Positions 41,395 to 51,271 of a stretch of 64,000 nt of DNA are shown piece after piece; the first letter of the stretch is position 1, and each line of letters begins with the position of its first letter. The stretch lies in assembly GCA_000004985.1 (NCBI GenBank), contig GG738889.1, one strand, 5' to 3'. Source of the stretch: Naegleria gruberi (Eukaryota). The notes below the pieces were generated by a model that did not search any database, was not told the DNA's origin, and worked only from the letters and a program-made list of their open reading frames with translations. The translations under genes were made by a program, and so were the position numbers.

Positions 41395-42906
41395 ATGTGG
41401 AACATTCTTTGCATTGCTATTTTGGTGGTTCTTTGTTCTGCTGGTTACTTTTATTTTAATATGAACAATACTCAACAGTATAATGACTTGGACATTTATG
41501 TTCCCATAGAATACATTCTTTTCTGTATATCGGAACAATACCAGATCGCCAACACCTCCTTATTGGAACCTCTCATCCGAAAAAACTTCAATAAGGATAA
41601 TATTAAGACACTATTGAATATGCTCACCAAACATAACAAAATAGATGTCGTAAATAACTTGGTGAACACCTTTAGAATAAGAGCTGATATTGCCGAGAAT
41701 ATTGTTGACTTTATTGGCCATCAAGCGAAGCAAGCATTTCCATTTTCAAAAGAGAGAATGGACGAGTTTCTATGGAGAAAAGCCAAAATACGAGATGCAC
41801 TATCAAGTATTGAAGATATTACAACTGATCACGAGCATGTTAACAATAGTGACACGTTTATTTACAAAGTTAATGATGGAAATTGGTACATTTTCAATAA
41901 TCTTTCAAAATTTAAGAAAGCAATTCATCATATACCTTTAGTATTGGGATCTGCCCAGAGATGTAGAATGTCTTTTGAAGTTAAGGGTCAGCCTAGAACA
42001 GGAAAAACACTTTGTTCGAAATATGTGCTTCCCTATTTTTGTGCCACTTCAATTAATCGAAAGAGGGAACAAGAAGGCCTTACAAAACTGTCAAGAGCTC
42101 CTGTTTTCTATTTAATGATGGTAAAGAATGGAAATCCAATCAGGGATTTGTATCACGAACTGAAGAAACATTTAAGTGAAATAATTAACTACCATCCAGA
42201 ACATGAATTTAAAGAAAATGGTGAGCTTATTCTGGAAGTACGAACGTATATTCACAGATTTTTCGATGTGTATTCTGACTCTCATATGTTTATTGTTCTA
42301 GATGAGATTCAATTAATTGATTCAAAATATTTGGACTCTCTGAGAACAATTATCAAGTCAAGAGACTTTCTCAAGTGTACATTCATTCTAACAGGCTCTA
42401 CCCAGTCAATGTTCAACTTGACAATGGAAAAGACATGTAGAAATGGATTGAGTTTCTTTGACAATACAATTGTTTATGATATTCCCTTTTCCAATTCACC
42501 AAAACGTGTTGAAGAATCTCTTAAAACATTGTTTCATAAGGGTGCTTTGAATAGAAGTTCTATAACAGCAGAAGAAACCCTTATGATACAATCACATTGC
42601 ACAGATCTAAACGTTGCGTATGTAAGCCAGATACTGAAATATGAGCACGATTTAAAACTTTCTTTCACTAAATCTTTGAATAAGTTAGTAGAAGAAATAT
42701 TGAAAATATACGACCGAGATGTTGTAATTGATTCAGCCACAGTCTTAGCTATACTAAATGGTGATCTTGAATCTTTGGAAGATACATGCTTTGTTACTAA
42801 AGTTAAAGGACAATTACTTTTAACAGACAAGCTTTTCACCATATTTCTTAACAACAATTTTATGGTTGAGAATCAAGGAAAAGCAGTTATTAAGAAATGC
42901 TTCTGA
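41395..42906 (+). CDS. Membrane-anchored P-loop NTPase (AAA-like), 503 aa.
   Basis: ATG start, with an N-terminal TM segment (ILCIAILVVLCSAGYFYF). Walker A: GQPRTGKT. Walker B-like: MFIVLDEIQLI. Confidence 0.55.
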   Translation: MWNILCIAILVVLCSAGYFYFNMNNTQQYNDLDIYVPIEYILFCISEQYQIANTSLLEPLIRKNFNKDNIKTLLNMLTKHNKIDVVNNLVNTFRIRADIAENIVDFIGHQAKQAFPFSKERMDEFLWRKAKIRDALSSIEDITTDHEHVNNSDTFIYKVNDGNWYIFNNLSKFKKAIHHIPLVLGSAQRCRMSFEVKGQPRTGKTLCSKYVLPYFCATSINRKREQEGLTKLSRAPVFYLMMVKNGNPIRDLYHELKKHLSEIINYHPEHEFKENGELILEVRTYIHRFFDVYSDSHMFIVLDEIQLIDSKYLDSLRTIIKSRDFLKCTFILTGSTQSMFNLTMEKTCRNGLSFFDNTIVYDIPFSNSPKRVEESLKTLFHKGALNRSSITAEETLMIQSHCTDLNVAYVSQILKYEHDLKLSFTKSLNKLVEEILKIYDRDVVIDSATVLAILNGDLESLEDTCFVTKVKGQLLLTDKLFTIFLNNNFMVENQGKAVIKKCF

Positions 42907-43056
42907 TATTTGGAGAAAAGATTTCAAAAATAGAAGAAAATCCAACAACAAATATTCTAACTTTATCATATCTGATATAGGCTTACTTGTAAGATGAAAT
43001 GCATCTTCTTTGCTGGTCTTTCATTGAAAAGTGCATCAATTAAATAAACTTTTATT

Positions 43057-44036
43057 TTAAAGATATACAGAACTAAGTACTTTACAAGTCCAAATTTCAT
43101 TTGGACCAATACTTGTTGCGTTAAATGAAACATTTCCAGCGGCATCAGCTGTCAAATAACCCCCAGTCCATGCCCTGAAACTTGTTCCACTACTATGAAC
43201 CTCCACAGTAAACTTCTCCCACCCTCCAATTGCAATTCTATTATCAACAATTGAATTATCATTATCACAACACAAATAAGTATGCCACCAAGTTCTCAAT
43301 GCACAAATTGACACCCAATCAGTCCAATCAGTATCTGACATTAGGTAGAAATTCTCCCATGGACCAACTACTGGACGATCAGCAACGACTCTTCCATTTT
43401 CAGAGCAAAGATACATTCCATTGGCTGCTTTCATGGATTGAGTGTAACCGACGACGTATTTTGGACGAGGAATTGGTTGGAAAATGTTTTGAGCAATGAA
43501 TGAGAGTGGTTGAGTGGTGTTGGATAAATGTCTTTTGGCTAGTTGAGCGAAATTGAATGGTTCTCCTGGATCTGTATTGTTCATGTGAGTTCTTTGGTCA
43601 ACTGAGGAAGTGAGTGGACCTTGATAATCAGCATTGATGTGATTCAAACCACCACTCTTGATGAACAAGTAGGCATTGACGTAGTTTTTAATACTGACAA
43701 CTTTGAGACGTTCTCTATCAACAAAGCTTAACATGTGTCTTAAGTCAAATGTCAGAAATTTAAATATTCCACCAAGATAACATACCTTGCTTCAAACTTG
43801 TTAATTCCCAATCTCTTCATTGCCTTCTTGAATTCTCTTCTTCTCAAGAATCCATTACGTTCCAAATCGACTTGATTATAAGCTGTTTCGGCTTGTTTAC
43901 ATAATTGTTGAACCTGATTTAACATTTCGGTTGGCTTTTAAATGTGTGAAAAGATATGTTAAAGAAATGAGAAACTTACCACTTGGAATCCTTCAGGTAA
44001 CCACTTTGGTTGAACGTCTTGAACCCAGAATTGCAT
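43057..44036 (-). CDS. EF-hand-containing protein with a C-terminal W/G-rich beta-rich domain (possibly beta-trefoil/fascin-like). Three exons: complement(43980..44036), complement(43786..43934), complement(43057..43738). About 295 aa.
   Basis: Exon 1 encodes MQFWVQDVQPKWLPEGFQV and ends at GTAAGT. Intron 1 is 45 nt (43979..43935, ...TTTAAAAG). Exon 2 encodes PTEMLNQVQQLCKQAETAYNQVDLERNGFLRRREFKKAMKRLGINKFEA plus AG; its EF-hand loop is DLERNGFLRRRE. Intron 2 is 47 nt (43785..43739, GTATGT...TTCTGAC...CTTAAG). The A of exon 3 completes Arg and continues in the 225-aa ORF frame. Confidence 0.6.
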
Positions 44037-44386
44037 TGTTTTATTGTTATTTTTTTAAATGTTTAAACTATTCGAAAGGCAAATTTAATTAATGTCAAGC
44101 AACCTAAAGAGTATGATGAAATTGGTAAGTCAACTTTACAAAAAGTGAAATTCATGGCTGCTAGTATGCTATTTTTGATCTAATTTGTGTGCAATTACTA
44201 TAAATATTCACAATTTTTGTAATCTCAAATCTAAGAATGGAAAGGTTAAGCCACCACTACGGCAAAGAGACCAATCTGTTTCTAATGTCAGAATAAGTTG
44301 GAATAGGATTAGTCTGTTTAATGAAAATTGTTCCTCCAACTTGATGCTTTGATTTTGGTTATGATTCTCTTTGAAGATGAAAAAAA

Positions 44387-44504
44387 GACTACAGCACCAC
44401 AGGTTCCCAAGTTGTCTCCAACCTCAGTACTGATGTGGCTCGACGATGCTTAACTTCTCAAATCGGACGGGATGAGGTGCATTCATCGTGATATGGCCGT
44501 AGCC
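44387..44504 (-). rRNA. 5S ribosomal RNA gene, 118 nt, dispersed single copy.
   Basis: Minus-strand sequence GGCTACGGCCATATCACGATGAATGCACCTCATCCCGTCCGATTTGAGAAGTTAAGCATCGTCGAGCCACATCAGTACTGAGGTTGGAGACAACTTGGGAACCTGTGGTGCTGTAGTC carries the conserved 5S blocks (CGGCCATA, CCCGTCCGAT, GAAGTTAAGC, AGTACT, TGGGAA, GGTGCTGTA). Helix I pairs GGCTACGGC with GTGCTGTAGTC. A T7 run follows as a Pol III terminator. Confidence 0.85.
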
Positions 44505-45725
44505 ATTCATCACCCCGAAATTTGAAATATTAATATCAAATTACATTAATGTCTTGAAGTAGTTCATGAATAAGATGTTTGTCATCAGAATTGATTGAAG
44601 TATTCGCATCCACTTCACAATGTTATTTACAAGCAAATATAGTAGCAATATCAATTCAACAAAAGTTTCCAAACATTCAACCTTTACCTTCCCAATTCCG
44701 CTTTTTTACACAAAATTAAATTCCCATTGTCTCTATATCATGCCATCTTCCAACACGTGTAACACTTTTGAGTGTCATCAAGAAATGCTCTCGATAATCG
44801 ATTTTTCACATAAAGGATGAATAATTTAGAGGGGATAAATTTTTCTTTCTGTAAAAAATTTCAAATTTTTTTGCCAGAAAACTCGGCAAAATTTTCAAAA
44901 GAAAAAACAACAAAAATTTTCTCTCTTGAAAATTCTACTTCTTCTGTGATGATTTTCAACAGTAATTCTGCATGATGGTAAAAACCATTTAATACACAGC
45001 ATGATAGGATGGAAAGGAAGTGATAGGAATTGGATTTATTGGATTTTATGATAAATTGCGGATTTTGGAAGGCAAAGATTACCTTTGTAAAAACTTTTAT
45101 GGAAATGATGAAGTGAAACCTTCATGCTTGTTGGTAAATAGTATTTACATAACAATGGAGAGTATGCGAACGTCTCAATTCAACATAATTCTTATCAAAA
45201 TATTAATTTTAATATTTTCATCATATTCAACATGAAATACAACAAGAACAACATCATTGCCATGTTATTTATCATCAATAATATCACCTGGGAATGTTTT
45301 GTTAATTCACATCTACCATTGGTGATGACAGAGAAGTTGAAAGTAAAATCGAAAAAGTTGGAAATACTTTTGACAAACCTGCTAGTAAAATGCAAAGCGA
45401 GCAAAATTCACCACCTATGAGCATCATCAAGAACACTCCCTATCTGTTTTTCAAGTTTTTGTGCTAGATTGGGAGGTCAAATTTTTACATCCTCTCCCAA
45501 CATTAATTATTCTTCATCTACTTGTTCAATCTTCTTCAGCACAACAATAAATTCATAACAGCAATATTACCAATTACTAATCTTCATCTTGTCCCTTCCC
45601 TCCAAACATTCATCAAAATATTCATCAATTCCTATCCGCACCCAACATCTCCAACATCTCCTTCACAATCGCACCTCCTCTCCTACCATATCGCAATAAG
45701 CGCATTGAAAGTTAAAAAAAAATCC

Positions 45726-46281
45726 NNNNNNNNNNNNNNNNNNNNNNNNNNNNNNNNNNNNNNNNNNNNNNNNNNNNNNNNNNNNNNNNNNNNNNNNNNN
45801 NNNNNNNNNNNNNNNNNNNNNNNNNNNNNNNNNNNNNNNNNNNNNNNNNNNNNNNNNNNNNNNNNNNNNNNNNNNNNNNNNNNNNNNNNNNNNNNNNNNN
45901 NNNNNNNNNNNNNNNNNNNNNNNNNNNNNNNNNNNNNNNNNNNNNNNNNNNNNNNNNNNNNNNNNNNNNNNNNNNNNNNNNNNNNNNNNNNNNNNNNNNN
46001 NNNNNNNNNNNNNNNNNNNNNNNNNNNNNNNNNNNNNNNNNNNNNNNNNNNNNNNNNNNNNNNNNNNNNNNNNNNNNNNNNNNNNNNNNNNNNNNNNNNN
46101 NNNNNNNNNNNNNNNNNNNNNNNNNNNNNNNNNNNNNNNNNNNNNNNNNNNNNNNNNNNNNNNNNNNNNNNNNNNNNNNNNNNNNNNNNNNNNNNNNNNN
46201 NNNNNNNNNNNNNNNNNNNNNNNNNNNNNNNNNNNNNNNNNNNNNNNNNNNNNNNNNNNNNNNNNNNNNNNNNNNNNNNNN
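45726..46281. other. Assembly gap (556 N). It hides the 5' end of the following ORF.
   Basis: Run of N characters. Confidence 1.
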
Positions 46282-47738
46282 AACCTTGGATTGATGAAAC
46301 CATTTCAACAAAAAGACTCACTGGTACTCTCAATGGTGATGGAGTTTCACCATTTAAAAAGAGCTTGAATAATTTCTATAATTTCATTGTACAGTTCAAT
46401 GAAATGAGTCCTTCTGATCGAAAGAAATCTACCAATAATTTTCTATGGGCCATTTTACCAAGGAAACCTGATAAGATAGATATTGAAATTGGACTCAAAG
46501 TAATAATGAATGATCTGAATTGTCTAAATTCAAATCAAAAAAACCTTAATTTGGAAATGATAATTGAACGAGTAATTGCTGACCTTCCTGCAAGATCAGA
46601 GATTTTATTCTTTAAACGCCAAGGATTTTATTTTTGTCACTTGTGTAACACTAAGGGTGAAGATACATCTGGTTCTCACAAAGTTTATCCATTGGAGTTT
46701 CGAACAAGATTAGTAGTATTGAATGGAAAATCAGAACTCATTGAGGTTTTTGAAAAATTCAAATACAGAGAATATCACAATGAGATTTCTCTCATTAACA
46801 ATTTTCCAAACTCAAATCTACCACCCGGAATGGATAATGTTTCTCCAATCCTATTACAACCATTCAATCCTAATCCAACATGTCTCTGTTCATATGATAA
46901 CATGCATTACAATTATGAAGGTATTTTGGTGAAATTTCTCAATTTAATTGATGAACGATATTGGAAAGAATTTGATGTCATTTATTTAAAACAGAAGTTT
47001 CCCTCCTTTTTTCACAAGCACCCAAGATCCATTGCAAAGAATATCAATCACCTGAAATCCATTGAAGTTTACATTCTGTGTCATTATTATCTCGAATTAT
47101 TTGAGGAAATTCCAAGCTATAGTGAAATTCAAGAAATAGTTCAACACATTATTCAATATGTGAGAATTATTGATAAGCTAATGGACTCATTTCAATTAGA
47201 AGATCTTCTATTATTGCAGAAACAGCTAAACTCAGTTCTGTACTTTTTTCAAAAGAAGGATGCTAATTTTTGCTCTCCAAATTTTCACATAGCAGCTGAA
47301 ATGGTAATGAACTGCCGTCTATATGGTCCATTGTGGTGCAATAACGCATTTATTTTTGAGGCAATGAATAACATTCTCTCAAAACCCTTCAAATGTGCCA
47401 ATTCTTTAAGATATTCAATTCTATTCTTTGATATGGTAAATTTGGTACAATTATTGAACTTGAAACCTCCCAATCGTAAACTAGAATGTGTCTGTGGTAA
47501 TTATATAATCAATAGCAAAAGAGATTACTTGCTACACACTCCCTCTAAAGAAATTTATCAAGTCAATTCATTTTCTCCAAATTATTCACAAATTGAGATT
47601 CGACATGCTGTTAATGGCACAACAATCACCGTCTCACAAGACACTATCAAACAAGATTTCATACCAGCAATATGCCAGCAAATTAATGGCTCTTTTCACT
47701 TCAAACCAATTCACAAAATGGCCTTTACATTATATTAA
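46282..47738 (+). mobile_element. 5'-truncated ORF of about 485 aa (start is in the gap). Its C-terminal part resembles the DUF4218/TNP2 core of CACTA/EnSpm/KDZ-type transposases. Possibly a transposase-derived or mobile-element gene.
   Basis: An open frame runs from the gap edge to TAA at 47738. The segment NFHIAAEMVMNCRLYGPLWCNNAFIFEAMNNILSK follows the TNP2-family pattern H-[LI]-x-x-[HE]-[LM]-V-x5-RL-x-GP-[VL]-x3-W-x4-FE-x2-M-x2-[IL]-L-K. The upstream FPSFF and several C-x2-C pairs (CHLCNTKG, CVCGNY) are also present. This is recognition-level only. Confidence 0.4.
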
Positions 47739-47950
47739 ATGTCTTTCCATATTTGGCTTCATCTCTAAAATAAACACTTTCTATTTTTGCAACCAGTTTA
47801 AACTATTTTTCAAAAAAAATACCTCAACATACTAGTAAGTCGTATCAGTTATCAATTATATTACATCATTTCAATTCATTTACAAGACATATCAATTCAA
47901 ATTTTTATTTCACGTTTTTATAAGAAACTCTTGTCAATTTCCTTGTCATC

Positions 47951-48050
47951 TTTGATGGTGTGAAATCTTTTACAATATTAATTCACACGGTGTGAATCTT
48001 TCATAGCATTGAGTTTCACTCAGTGTGAAATGGTTCAAGATGAAAGATTT
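47951..48050. promoter_or_regulatory. Cluster of GTGTGAA-containing palindromes.
   Basis: ggTGTGAAatc, aaTTCACACgGTGTGAAtc (a perfect 7-bp inverted repeat with a 1-nt spacer) and ttTCACTCAGTGTGAAAtgg, all within 100 nt, about 310-410 nt upstream of the P450 ATG. Confidence 0.5.
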
Positions 48051-48117
48051 CCAACTTGTAAGAATTATGAATAGTTCAATAAAATTTCAATTTATCAAAA
48101 ATTAATAATCATTCTGC

Positions 48118-48300
48118 AACGTCATTGGAGACACTTTTTGAGACGTCATTGAGGACGCTTTTTTTGACGTCTTAATGACTCTCAAATTGACACCGTCAAA
48201 ATGACGAAAAAAAACGTCATTTTGACGTCCACAACACCGTCCCAATGACACCTTAACAAGCATAAACAAAGGCGTCATTCATGACTATAAAATCGTCAAA
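48118..48300. promoter_or_regulatory. Dense array of about 12 CRE/TGACG-type half-sites ((A/C/G)CGTCA with ATGAC partners), including near-palindromic TGACGTC. It lies immediately upstream of the P450 gene.
   Basis: Half-sites: caACGTCAttgg, gagACGTCAttgagg, ttTGACGTCttaATGACtc, caCCGTCAaaATGACGaaaaaaaACGTCAttTTGACGTCcac, aCCGTCccaATGACacc, gGCGTCAttcATGACta, aTCGTCAaaacaaGCGTCAat. TGACG is the core of bZIP (ATF/CREB/AP-1-like) sites. Confidence 0.55.
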
Positions 48301-48360
48301 ACAAGCGTCAATAAAAATGAGCGGGGCATTGAAAGTTTAAAAAAAAATTCCCAACTTGAA

Positions 48361-50013
48361 ATGCAAGAAACACAATCACTCGCCGATTACATCAAATCTT
48401 TTGGTACATTTCAATTGATTTTCCTCTCTTTCATTTCTTTGATCATTCTCTACTTGATAATTTATACATGCCGATTTGTGCACTTGTATTTAAAGTATAG
48501 GCACATTCCTGGCTTTGTTTCCTTTCTACCACCCTTCTTGGGATCACTCGTGGCCGGAGAAATGTTTGTTGGTTATGAGTATTCATGTATTTTGAAGGCT
48601 TTTACGAGTAATCCTGATAGTACAATTGTAAAGATTCAAAAAGGATTGGATCTTTATTTTGCTGTGGCTAAGGATCAAGAAATAATCAAGGAATTACTCA
48701 TTAGAAAGTATAAAACTATGGCCAAGAATGAAAAGTTGTTGGAACCATTGGGATTATTTGGACATAATATGTTAACTGCCGATTCAACCAATCCTATTTG
48801 GAAGAAACATAGAGTATTGGCTAATCCAATCTTTTCAAATCATGCTCACTTGAAAAATGTATTCAGAGTCACAATGGAAGAACTTTCCAACATGATTAAA
48901 TATTGGAAAGATAATTATGATTCAGATGCTGAAGGAAATATTAGAAATGTCAATACTACACAAGAACTCAAGTCAATTACACTCACTGTTATTAACAGAG
49001 TTGCTTTTGGTTATGATATTGAGATTTTTAATAAGAGTACAAAACACAGAGATGAAATTCATCAATCGACAACTGACTTGTTGAGTGGAATCATGTACAA
49101 ATTTGTTTTCCCTACATGGTTCTTTGAATATTTACCGTTTGGAATTTTTGGCAAATTCAAGAAGGCAAAGAATAATTTCCGTAAGATTGCCATGGATATG
49201 ATTAGTAAAAAGACAGCTGAAATTCAAAAGAATAATGAAATTATGGAAGATGAAGATTTATTGAGCTTGTTAATGAAGAGTAGTGCTTCTCAAAACTTAT
49301 CAGATGAGGAAAAATTGAGTGATGATGAATTGGTCAGTGCTATGTTTATTATATTCTTTGCTGGATTTGAGACAAGTTCAACCTCTTTGAATTTCATGTT
49401 GAGGCTGTTGGCCATTCATCCAGATGTTCAGGAGAAATTAATTGAAGAAATTGATGCAACAGTAGAGTCAGCCGAATCTATGAAATTTGAAGATCTTACC
49501 GAAAGACTTCCTCTATTGAACTCATTCATTAAGGAGTCATTCAGGGTCAAACCAGCAGTAGGTGCCGTTTCCAGAACTGTTGCCAAGAAGGGAGGAGAAA
49601 CTATTGGAGGAATGCACTTTAATGAGGGAGACCAAATTGTTTTCAACATTATGGTTCATCACAAACTCTCCCACAATAATGCTATGGATACTTTCAAATT
49701 TGACAGATTTTATCAACCATCAGATAAGCAAGACGATTCTTCATCAGAAAGCTCAGATAAGGGAACAATGGGAAATTTAACACTCGAGTTTGCAAAGGAT
49801 GATTTGGCCTCCTTCTCACTTGGTCCAAGAGATTGTCTCGGAAGAAGAATGGCCTTGATAGAAGTTAAACAGATTCTCGTCTATTTATTGAAAAAGTACA
49901 GAATTACAGTGCCAGAACATTTGAAGGAGCAACAGGCTAAAATTAAGGAAACTTACATCATGACAAGATGTACCTTTGAACCTTTTATTCTTAATTTTGA
50001 AAAGAGATGTTAA
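48361..50013 (+). CDS. Cytochrome P450, intronless, 550 aa, with an N-terminal membrane anchor.
   Basis: ATG at 48361. Marks: TM anchor LIFLSFISLIILYLIIYTC, I-helix FFAGFETSS, K-helix ESFR, heme loop FSLGPRDCLGRRMALIEVK. It ends in TAA. Confidence 0.85.
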   Translation: MQETQSLADYIKSFGTFQLIFLSFISLIILYLIIYTCRFVHLYLKYRHIPGFVSFLPPFLGSLVAGEMFVGYEYSCILKAFTSNPDSTIVKIQKGLDLYFAVAKDQEIIKELLIRKYKTMAKNEKLLEPLGLFGHNMLTADSTNPIWKKHRVLANPIFSNHAHLKNVFRVTMEELSNMIKYWKDNYDSDAEGNIRNVNTTQELKSITLTVINRVAFGYDIEIFNKSTKHRDEIHQSTTDLLSGIMYKFVFPTWFFEYLPFGIFGKFKKAKNNFRKIAMDMISKKTAEIQKNNEIMEDEDLLSLLMKSSASQNLSDEEKLSDDELVSAMFIIFFAGFETSSTSLNFMLRLLAIHPDVQEKLIEEIDATVESAESMKFEDLTERLPLLNSFIKESFRVKPAVGAVSRTVAKKGGETIGGMHFNEGDQIVFNIMVHHKLSHNNAMDTFKFDRFYQPSDKQDDSSSESSDKGTMGNLTLEFAKDDLASFSLGPRDCLGRRMALIEVKQILVYLLKKYRITVPEHLKEQQAKIKETYIMTRCTFEPFILNFEKRC

Positions 50014-50098
50014 AATTTTCTAATTTATTTACATGATTTGATTATTATTAAATCGTCGTTAGGAGAATAGGATTTCAAAATTGGATATTTTGTTAACT

Positions 50099-50881
50099 TT
50101 AAACATGTTGCTCTTGATTAAGATTTGGATAATGAACTTGATTAATGGAATAAGCAACTGGATTTTGAGCAACATATTGTTGAGGAGTGACAATAGTTGG
50201 AACGGAGGCATCATCTTCTTCCTCTCTCAATTGTTGATGAGCTTCACTCTTTTGTAATGAAATAGAATAACCCTTCTTCTTCAAAATGAGAACTACAATT
50301 CCAGCTCCACAAGCCAAACACAATGAAACACTAGCAACAATACCACCAATAACACCAAGAATTAAACCAATTGGTAATCCTTGTTCTCCAGCTCTATTTT
50401 GAGTTTTGGTCATTTCATTACCATCTTGAATATTGGAATCATCTTGATCCATATCTGGTGATGCTGATGAAGAATCTTGTGGTCTTGGTGGTCTTTGTCC
50501 AGAACGATCTGGTCTTGGTGGACGAGGACCTGGACCTGGTTGTCTTCTGGAATGATCTGGTCTAGGTGGTCTTTGTCCAGATGGTAATGGACGTGGAGGT
50601 CTTTTTCCAGAAGGCATTGGTCTTGGATTTCCTGATTGTTGTGGACCTGGTGGAGGATGTGGTCTTTCACCAGAATGATCAGGTCTTGGTGGTCTTTGTC
50701 CAGAGTGATCTGGTCTTGGAGGTCTTTGTCCTGAACGATCAGGTCTTGGACCAGGTGGTGGATTTGGAGGTCTTTGAGAAATATTGTTATCTTGAGCGAG
50801 TGTGGACATTGTCAAGGCAATGAACATGATTAACATGACAGCGAGGACTGCCAATGATTTCTTTGAGTGTTGGTGATGCAT
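50099..50881 (-). CDS. Type-I membrane protein with a signal peptide, about 9 tandem Pro-rich decapeptide repeats (consensus SGQRPPRPDH), one TM helix and a short cytoplasmic tail. 260 aa.
   Basis: ATG at 50881. Signal peptide-like LAVLAVMLIMFIALTMSTLA. Repeats include RPDRSGQRPPRPDHSGQRPPRPDHSGERPHPPPGP...SGKRPPRPLPSGQRPPRPDHS...RPDRSGQRPPRP. TM helix: LPIGLILGVIGGIVASVSLCLACGAGIVVLIL. The 30-nt nucleotide periodicity is visible (ggtcttggtggtctttgtccag...). Confidence 0.65.
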   Translation of the reverse strand: MHHQHSKKSLAVLAVMLIMFIALTMSTLAQDNNISQRPPNPPPGPRPDRSGQRPPRPDHSGQRPPRPDHSGERPHPPPGPQQSGNPRPMPSGKRPPRPLPSGQRPPRPDHSRRQPGPGPRPPRPDRSGQRPPRPQDSSSASPDMDQDDSNIQDGNEMTKTQNRAGEQGLPIGLILGVIGGIVASVSLCLACGAGIVVLILKKKGYSISLQKSEAHQQLREEEDDASVPTIVTPQQYVAQNPVAYSINQVHYPNLNQEQHV

Positions 50882-51271
50882 TTCGTTTCTTTTTTTCTTA
50901 TTGTTTTGAGAGTTTGTTTCTGAGTGGCTTGGATTTTAAAGGATTGAGAAAGCTTCTTGTTGGAAAATTGAACATGAGAGGTGTCTATATATTGTCCAAT
51001 TGATTGTTATTGATGTTGTTAGTGACTAGACGCACTAATAAATTCCAACATCTTTCGAGTTCGTGGAAAGAGTTCAAGTTTTAGTCGGAGTTTTCATTTC
51101 CAAATGAGAGGACGTTTGATACTACTAAGCTCGAATTCAATGTTCTAGAATTGATAATTTCAGTGAAGGAATTGACCCTTGTTCGTTCTTATTAAATATT
51201 TACAATAAATTTAAATACATATTCATTATTACATGTGTTTAATTGTTTAAGTTGTGTTTTCTTTTAAAAAA

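Noticed and set aside
45522-45725. Track ORF starting MFNLLQHNNKF... that runs into the 45726 gap and appears continuous with the 46282 ORF.
   Set aside because: Continuity is an artefact of N being translated as X. The gap length and frame are arbitrary, and the pre-gap segment contains the 26-nt promoter-like motif rather than coding-like sequence.
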